Below, one piece after another: positions 34,532 to 40,533 of a stretch of DNA of 40,533 nt; positions within the stretch are counted from its first letter, which is position 1, and each line of letters starts with the position of its first letter. The position numbers and the translations under genes were made by a program. The DNA is from a virus (lineage: Duplodnaviria; Caudoviricetes): IMG/VR virus record IMGVR_UViG_3300032373_001200, positions 1-40,533 of that record. One strand, written 5' to 3'. The notes under the pieces are model-generated. The model was not told the origin of the DNA, made no database searches, and was given only the letters and a program-made list of their open reading frames with translations.

Positions 34532-36286
34532 ATGGATATTCTTGAAGATGATGTGAGACAAAAAGCGAAGGCTCTTTATTGGGAGGGGCATCGCGTTGCT
34601 TATATTTCGAAAGAACTTAATGTTAAATCTGCTACGGTTCATTCCTGGAAGAAGCGGGATGATTGGGATAGTACTGCTGAAGTTCAGAGAACAGAATTTT
34701 CACTTTCTAATCAGATTAATCGTTTGGTTGCAAAGTTGGATAAAACACCGGGTGATTTAAAAGAGCTTGAATGCTTGATGAAGCAAATGGAGCGTTGCGC
34801 GCGAATCAGGAAGTTTGATCAGGGCGGAAATCAATCTGATTTGAATCCTAATTTGAAAGCTAGGAACAAGGACGGTAAGAAGCGAAAGAAAAAGAATTAT
34901 CTTAGTGAGGATGATGTTCAGTTGCTCAAGGATGCTCTTGAGGCAAAGTTGTACGGTCATCAGCGGGTCTGGTACGAGGCGGGTCTTAAACATCGTATTC
35001 GGGATATTTTAAAGTCTCGCCAAATTGGTGCTACATACTTTTTTGCATTAGAGGCTATTGTTGACGGTGCAGAGACCGGACGTAATCAAATATTCCTTTC
35101 TGCTTCAAAAGCGCAAGCTCATCAGTTTAAATCTTACATTCTCCAGTTTGTTGAAGAGGTTACAGGGGTTCTATTAACGGGTGATCCGATTGTTTTGGGT
35201 CACAATGATGCGACACTATATTTTCTTGGTACTAATACAAAAACGGCTCAGTCGTATCATGGAAATGTTTATATGGATGAGTATTTCTGGATTCATGGTT
35301 TTCAAGAATTCAGGAAGGTCGCGTCTGCTATGGCTATTCATAATAATTGGCGTCAAACCTATTTCTCTACACCTTCCGCTATGAGCCACGAGGCTTATCC
35401 ATTCTGGAGTGGTTCACATTACAATCGCGGTAGGAAAAAAGAAGATCATATTAAGCTAGATGTTTCTCACAATGCTTTGAAAGACGGAGCTGTTTGTGCT
35501 GATGGGCAGTGGAGGCAAATCGTTACTGTTGAGGATGCGGTTGCTACTGGATTCGATAAGTTTACGCTTGATCAAATTCGACTTGAATACAGTGGTGATG
35601 AATACGAAAACTTGTTGATGTGTAAATTTATCGATGATACGGCGTCGATATTTTCTGTTAGCACGTTAATGAAGTGTATGTGTGAGAGTTTGGTTGAATG
35701 GAATGACTTTAAGTCACTTTCATCTTCAACACCTTTTGGTGATCGACCTGTGTGGATTGGCTATGATCCTGCGCGAACTCGTGATAGTGCGGCTATTGTC
35801 GTGATTGCACCTCCATCGGTGGATGGTGGGAAGTTCCGAGTGCTTGAAAAAATTATGCTTCGTGATATTGGTTTTGATAAGCAGGCTGATGACATAGAGA
35901 CGTTAACCAAAAAATATAATGTTCAAAAAATCGCAATTGATACAACGGGTATTGGTTACGGTGTTCACGATCTCGTTAAAGCGTTTTTCCCTACTGCAAT
36001 AAAAATCAACTACACGCCTGAAGTTAAAACTCGATTAGTGTTGAAGGCGCAATCAACCATTTCTAATGGTCGTTTTCAATTCGACCACGAACACAAGGAC
36101 ATAGTTACTGCATTTATGTCTATTCGTAAATCCGTTACGCCGTCCGGCAATGCGGTTACCTATGAAGCTGTAAGAACTGAGGAAGCAGGCCACGGCGATG
36201 TGGCTTGGGCAATCATGCATGCGCTTGATCAAGAGCCGTTGCAGGGTGTGACTAAAAAGAATAGATCATTTATTGAGGTGTGCTGA
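34532..36286 (+). CDS. P: Terminase ATPase subunit gpP
   Basis: ILKSRQIGATYFFA, NQIFLSASKAQA, YMDEYFWI, WIGYDP, HGDVAWA; start re-called at MDILE. Confidence 0.97.
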   Translation: MDILEDDVRQKAKALYWEGHRVAYISKELNVKSATVHSWKKRDDWDSTAEVQRTEFSLSNQINRLVAKLDKTPGDLKELECLMKQMERCARIRKFDQGGNQSDLNPNLKARNKDGKKRKKKNYLSEDDVQLLKDALEAKLYGHQRVWYEAGLKHRIRDILKSRQIGATYFFALEAIVDGAETGRNQIFLSASKAQAHQFKSYILQFVEEVTGVLLTGDPIVLGHNDATLYFLGTNTKTAQSYHGNVYMDEYFWIHGFQEFRKVASAMAIHNNWRQTYFSTPSAMSHEAYPFWSGSHYNRGRKKEDHIKLDVSHNALKDGAVCADGQWRQIVTVEDAVATGFDKFTLDQIRLEYSGDEYENLLMCKFIDDTASIFSVSTLMKCMCESLVEWNDFKSLSSSTPFGDRPVWIGYDPARTRDSAAIVVIAPPSVDGGKFRVLEKIMLRDIGFDKQADDIETLTKKYNVQKIAIDTTGIGYGVHDLVKAFFPTAIKINYTPEVKTRLVLKAQSTISNGRFQFDHEHKDIVTAFMSIRKSVTPSGNAVTYEAVRTEEAGHGDVAWAIMHALDQEPLQGVTKKNRSFIEVC

Positions 36287-37341
36287 TGTTTCAAAAAATA
36301 CGTGAACAGGTAATAACAAGTCTTGGTGGTGAGGTGTCCAAATCAAAGCCGGGAAAAGCGACGGGGTTTGCGTTTGGTGATGCGGAGCCAGTTATGGATT
36401 CTCGTGAAATTCTCGATATGTTCGAGAGTGTTTGGAATGGTCGATATTTTGACCCCCCTATTGATAGGGCCGGGCTTGCGAAAACATACAATGCCGCACC
36501 TCATCATGCTAGTGCTATTCAAGTAAAAGCGAATATTCTATCTAGTAGTTTTATTCCTAATAAATTTTTGTCTCGTCAAGAGTTTAAAAGTTGGACACTT
36601 AATAAGATTATTTTCGGTGAAGGTTATTTAGAGCGAATAGATAATCGCCTGGGTGATCCGATGAGGTTAAAAACCGCATTATCGAAGTACACACGACGTG
36701 GTGAAGATGATCAATATTTTTATGTCCCTAATTGGCAGACTGAGCACCCTTTCAAAAAGGGTTCGATTTTCCATCTTATGCAGCATGATGTTAATCAAGA
36801 GCTGTATGGTGTGCCTGAATATTTAGCTGGTTTGCAGTCGGCTTGGTTGAATGAGTCGGCAACTTTATTTCGTCGTAAATATTATAACAATGGTTCTCAT
36901 GCTGGTTTCATTCTCTATATGACCGACGCGATGAATGATGAAGAGGATATCGAGAACTTAAAAACCGCTATGAAAAATTCCAAAGGGCCTGGGAATTTCA
37001 AGAATATGGTGATGTATGTGCCAGGTGGTAAGAAAGATGGTGTTCAAGTTTTACCGATTTCTGAAGTTCAAGCAAAGGACGAATTTTTTAATATTAAGAA
37101 TGTAACGCGTGATGATCAAATTGCCGCACATAGGGTTCCACCGCAATTGATGGCTGTGCTACCGGGTAACGTGGGTGGATTTGGCGATGTTGAAAAGGCT
37201 ACGTTGGTATTTAATAGAAATGAAATTGTTCCCATGCAGACCGATGCCATGGAGTTGAACGAGTGGTTTGAAGACGAGATTGTTAAGTTTGATCCGTATG
37301 TTATAGAGGAGATTGTTGAGAAACAGAAAGATAAGAAATAA
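36280..37341 (+). CDS. Q: Portal protein gpQ (PBSX family)
   Basis: QELYGVPEY, LNESATLFRRKYY.NGSHAGFI, AAHRVPPQLM. Confidence 0.97.
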   Translation: MLMFQKIREQVITSLGGEVSKSKPGKATGFAFGDAEPVMDSREILDMFESVWNGRYFDPPIDRAGLAKTYNAAPHHASAIQVKANILSSSFIPNKFLSRQEFKSWTLNKIIFGEGYLERIDNRLGDPMRLKTALSKYTRRGEDDQYFYVPNWQTEHPFKKGSIFHLMQHDVNQELYGVPEYLAGLQSAWLNESATLFRRKYYNNGSHAGFILYMTDAMNDEEDIENLKTAMKNSKGPGNFKNMVMYVPGGKKDGVQVLPISEVQAKDEFFNIKNVTRDDQIAAHRVPPQLMAVLPGNVGGFGDVEKATLVFNRNEIVPMQTDAMELNEWFEDEIVKFDPYVIEEIVEKQKDKK

Positions 37342-37446
37342 AGAGGAGCGACATCAACGGTGCGCGAACACCAATGATGCCGCCGACATAGTGAGCTAGC
37401 ACTATACCAGCCAAAGACTCCCCACCGCGTCGACACGGTAACGGGG
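37342..37446 (-). ncRNA. Putative structured antisense RNA/leader upstream of the methylase
   Basis: Three hairpins; minus-strand TATAAT at 37447-37452. Confidence 0.5.
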
Positions 37447-37496
37447 ATTATAGCTTGTGACAGTCTGTAACAAAAATTAAAACCGGAGTTTTTACT

Positions 37497-38255
37497 ATGT
37501 CAAAGCCGATTTTCCCCTGGTTAGGTGGCAAGCGCCGTTTAGCCAAACATATCATTCCGTTATTGGGTGAGCATAAAACATACGTTGAACCATTCGCCGG
37601 TGGTGCAGCTATTTTCTTTTTAAAAGAACCTTCGAAGGTTGAGGTTATTAACGATATCAATGGTGACGTGATTAATTTGTATAGATGTGTTCGCTTTCAT
37701 CTTGATGAACTTGTTCGACATTTCCGTTGGGCATTGGTTAGTCGTGAAGAGTTCCTGACTTTAAATTCTGTTGATCCAGATACGTTAACGGATATTCAAA
37801 GAGCAGCTCGTTTTTATTATCTTCAACGTTGTTCATTTGGTGCGAAAGTTGAGAGTAGAACCTTTGGTTATGCTCCATCTTCAAAGCCAAAGTTTAATTT
37901 AACGAGGATAGAGGAAGACTTAAGTGATGCACATTTGAGGCTTCAACGTACCTTTGTTGAAAATATCACATGGTCGAATTGCATTGAACGCTACGATCGC
38001 GAGCAAACAGTGTTTTATTTAGATCCCCCGTATTGGGGTACCGAGGGTTATGGTGTTGAGTTTGGGTTTGATAACTATGAACTCATGGCCAGCCTTGCTA
38101 AGTCAATCAAAGGTCGGATGATAATTTCAGTGAATGATATTCCTGAAATGAGAAAGGTCTTCAAAGGTCTGAAGATGAAGAGCGTTGATTTAACCCACAC
38201 CGTGGGTGGTCGTGGCGGAACCAAACGAAAGGAGTTGATCATTAGTAATTGGTAA
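37497..38255 (+). CDS. DNA adenine methyltransferase (D12/Dam-like class)
   Basis: WLGGKRRL, YVEPFAGGAA, NDIN, YLDPPY. Confidence 0.95.
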   Translation: MSKPIFPWLGGKRRLAKHIIPLLGEHKTYVEPFAGGAAIFFLKEPSKVEVINDINGDVINLYRCVRFHLDELVRHFRWALVSREEFLTLNSVDPDTLTDIQRAARFYYLQRCSFGAKVESRTFGYAPSSKPKFNLTRIEEDLSDAHLRLQRTFVENITWSNCIERYDREQTVFYLDPPYWGTEGYGVEFGFDNYELMASLAKSIKGRMIISVNDIPEMRKVFKGLKMKSVDLTHTVGGRGGTKRKELIISNW

Positions 38256-38278
38256 CCACATAAACTAACCACTAGATG

Positions 38279-38306
38279 AAAGCCTAGCCAAGCGCTGGGC
38301 TTTTTT
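38279..38306 (+). terminator. Intrinsic terminator after the methylase
   Basis: AAAGCCTAGC-CAAGC-GCTGGGCTTTTTT. Confidence 0.85.
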
Positions 38307-38462
38307 GTGCCTGCGTTTTGTCTATACCCTATAGGTCGTTCGGTCCGTTCATTACTTAACCGATCCACCCAACCGCAAGGCGACCACCAGCGATTACTTT
38401 TTGCACTAACTCTGTCGATTAAATAATGACCACTCATCACCACCTAGCACCCAGCGCGCGCA

Positions 38463-38481
38463 GTTCTCCCCCCTCCACGCC
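38463..38481. other. cos site (19-nt P2-type cohesive end)
   Basis: GCGCGCA-GTTCTCCCCCCTCCACGCC-TGC resembles the recalled P2 cos GTGCTTTCCCCGCCTCGCC; downstream ATGCA repeats. Confidence 0.85.
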
Positions 38482-38584
38482 TGCGGTCTAAATTCAGTAA
38501 AATTTATGCAGGTGCATGAGTACCAAAAAACCAGCGGGGCCGGGGGCTGCAGAGGAGGTTAGCGGGTGATCAAATCATGCAGTT

Positions 38585-38833
38585 TCATGCACTTTGTTGC
38601 GTATTTTCACCAAGTAGTTTTTCAGCGCGTTTTGAGAGGGGAAGATGGACATCGGGGTGAGGAATTGCGGAGGGAGAGAGAGTTTTTACGGCTTCGATCA
38701 TCATTTTAACTGTGTGGCCACAGTCAGGATTTGTGCAAATAACTTTGATTTCTTTGGTGACTCTAGTCAATTGCTCGGAGTGTCGACCTGTGCATGACCA
38801 CTCGCAGTGTGGACATAATATATTTACTCGCAT
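38585..38833 (-). CDS. ogr: Ogr/Delta-like Zn-finger late activator
   Basis: CPHC...CTNPDCGHT...TLSPSAIP; start re-called at MRVNI after GAGGT. Confidence 0.93.
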   Translation of the reverse strand: MRVNILCPHCEWSCTGRHSEQLTRVTKEIKVICTNPDCGHTVKMMIEAVKTLSPSAIPHPDVHLPLSKRAEKLLGENTQQSA

Positions 38834-38975
38834 AAACCGAACCTCGCAAAAAGGAAATGGTAAATCATATCTATCAATCTGAATTATATAGCATATAAGC
38901 AAATTATCCATTTTATGTGTTGAGGGTTAAATTAGATCATTTCTTAATAAAGAAGCTGAATCTGGGGTCGGGTAT

Positions 38976-39275
38976 GGGAAAAGTGTAATTACTGTAATTA
39001 GCCTGTTTTTTTGCTGTTTTTCGATCCTAAGTTACTGAATATTAAGAGGTTAGATAATTACAGTCAAAGTGTAATTAAGTGTAATTGAAAGTGTAATGTT
39101 TTGTTATGTTATTGATTTATATAGAAATAAATATATGTATAAATTACAAATATAAAGTGTAATTAATTACAGTCTGATTACATAAAAATTACACTTTCCC
39201 AACCCTGATATTCTTTTTATTTATCAGTTGGTTACCTGGGTTTTTGCGCCTTGATTACACTAATTACACTTTTCC
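38976..39275. repeat. Iteron array, putative replication origin
   Basis: 13 TGTAAT cores (6 forward, 7 reverse; fullest form AAGTGTAATT) around an AT-rich centre, with IHF-like sites. Confidence 0.75.
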
Positions 39276-39342
39276 GGGGGTAGTTCCTAGTTTTCGAAAA
39301 ACCATCAAAAAACTCCCAATACCCATATATTGCAAAAAATCT

Positions 39343-39363
39343 TTGGGACTAACTTGGGACTAA
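39343..39363. repeat. Integrase arm-type sites (TTGGGACTAA x2)
   Basis: Direct 10-mer repeat about 80 bp from the att core; IHF-like TAACTTATTGAAA in between. Confidence 0.7.
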
Positions 39364-39440
39364 AAGTTGTTGCCGTAAGTGTTATTTTATTTAATAACTT
39401 ATTGAAATATATAGAATGAAAATGTAGATTTAAAGCGGAT

Positions 39441-39468
39441 GCGGGTTCGAATCCCTGCCTCTCCGCCA
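39441..39468 (+). other. attR: displaced 3' end of a tRNA (Ser-like)
   Basis: GGGTTCGAATCCCTGCCTCTCCGCCA gives T-loop, acceptor strand, G discriminator and CCA; no tRNA 5' half upstream. Confidence 0.85.
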
Positions 39469-39474
39469 TAAATT

Positions 39475-39503
39475 AAAAAGCCGCTTTAGTTGAGCGGCTT
39501 TTT
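39475..39503 (+). terminator. Original tRNA terminator
   Basis: AAAAAGCCGCT-TTAGTTG-AGCGGCTTTTT. Confidence 0.9.
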
Positions 39504-39693
39504 ACGTTCTAAGTTTTCTCTGCTTATCTATATCAAATCGCACAGTTTTTTTACGCCTCGGTCAACTTTTTCAAATTCGCTCTTATTAAGTTTGAAACCT
39601 AGAGACCGCTTTATTCAATATTCCACTTGAAACTTTGCCATTATTGCTATTTCCTCTAAGGTTCATTTATCTATATTGGTTAGTGAATAAAAA

Positions 39694-40533
39694 ATGATCA
39701 TGAGAAAACTTATCCAATTAATAGTGCTCGCGTTGTTTCTGGTTGTTTTTTCAATTCAGTCTAGCGCAAATCCCAAACCTGGCGATCCTGAGTATGTGAA
39801 TATCACGCCCAATAATCCTGAAATTCAAATTGGTGAAGAATATTCTGACTGGGCTTACTCAGCAGAATTTGCAAAACGATTTAAACTGGATGAGAACAAA
39901 GTTGAAGAGATGACGCCAGGGTTATTTGCTGTGGAGTTTAGGTTGCTGCTTTCGCATAACATAGGAAAAGCATACGAGTGTTCTATTGATTTGTATTTAG
40001 ATAAGGATGTGAATATTCAATTTCCAGAAATGAATAGGTCTGGAAACCTCAATGAGGTAAAGCAGCTAAACAGAAAATTTCCATTTATGAATCGTTCTGA
40101 ATCAGACAAAAGTACATACGTGGATGAGTTTCTCTATGATGTATCTGCGACTAACAAGTTCGTAATTGAACCATTCACTGATAATTTCGAAGGTCAACGA
40201 GTTATAAAAATAGAATCCTATAGGAAAGATGTTTTTTCTGGTATCAACTTCTTATCTTTAAGCGCGATGAACTGTTCGGAAGTACTTCCCCCGCAATATG
40301 GGTTTGATATTCTACTGAGAAAAATTGGGGTCATGAAATATCAAGCAGACTTTACACAAAAAGATGTAGTGCGGATTTCTATCCCGAAAGCGCTGCACCA
40401 GCGTATTTGTCCTTATATTGAAAAGGCGGCCTATTTATCTCTGAACAAGCTGTTAAAAAATACACCAAACCTCCGAGAGTTATATCGGGTATCAAAAGGA
40501 AAGATGAACAACTATCCATTGGGATGCCAATAA
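39694..40533 (+). CDS. Host exported protein of unknown function (outside the prophage)
   Basis: Signal peptide MRKLIQLIVLALFLVVFSIQSSA; four Cys; lies beyond attR. Confidence 0.8.
   Translation: MIMRKLIQLIVLALFLVVFSIQSSANPKPGDPEYVNITPNNPEIQIGEEYSDWAYSAEFAKRFKLDENKVEEMTPGLFAVEFRLLLSHNIGKAYECSIDLYLDKDVNIQFPEMNRSGNLNEVKQLNRKFPFMNRSESDKSTYVDEFLYDVSATNKFVIEPFTDNFEGQRVIKIESYRKDVFSGINFLSLSAMNCSEVLPPQYGFDILLRKIGVMKYQADFTQKDVVRISIPKALHQRICPYIEKAAYLSLNKLLKNTPNLRELYRVSKGKMNNYPLGCQ

Larger units (their letters stand above)
1..39468. mobile_element. P2-like temperate prophage (left att outside window)
   Basis: Integrase at the left end, P2-order head/tail genes, Ogr, P2-like cos, and a tRNA 3'-end fragment (attR) at 39441-39468. 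Confidence 0.97.

Noticed and set aside
37352-37382. CAACGGTG and CAATGATG as ANTAR hexaloops
   Set aside because: They have A1/G4 but no 3-bp stems; they are the two arms of one longer hairpin.
37497-38255. Restriction-modification system
   Set aside because: No endonuclease nearby; an orphan phage methylase next to the portal gene is common.
39441-39468. Intact tRNA gene
   Set aside because: Only the T-loop and acceptor 3' strand are present, and the T-stem is mismatched.
39694-40533. Part of the prophage cargo
   Set aside because: Lies beyond attR and the tRNA terminator; host or neighbouring island gene.

Overview
Positions 1 to about 39468 are a nearly complete P2-like (Peduoviridae-type) temperate myophage prophage in a moderately AT-rich bacterium, probably a gammaproteobacterium. 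One host gene (39694-40533) follows the right att site, which is a tRNA-Ser-like 3' end. Left to right: tyrosine integrase; morons (secreted protein, SRAP/YedK, a LexA-boxed Zn-ribbon gene); a P1-type c4 antisense-RNA locus; a leftward early operon (P22-type antirepressor, small ORFs, P4-alpha-like primase/helicase, CII-like, Cro-like); a repressor without a peptidase domain; a receiver-ANTAR response regulator; the P2 tail/baseplate/head set (D,U,T,E/E',FII,FI,H,I,J,W,V,S,R,X,L,M,N,O,P,Q); a DNA adenine methylase; P2-type cos; Ogr; an iteron array; attR. Main departures from a standard P2: (1) the endolysin/spanin slot holds a SLATT-like membrane protein and a four-gene module ending in 13 x 22-aa repeats fused in frame to gpR, a candidate neck-fibre system; (2) an orphan REC-ANTAR RNA-binding regulator sits next to cI; (3) the early operon encodes apparently inactive look-alikes of the terminase ATPase and a prohead protease; (4) one TGTWACA-N3-TGTWACA motif recurs at four control regions. 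All family calls come from reading motifs by eye; no database searches were run.
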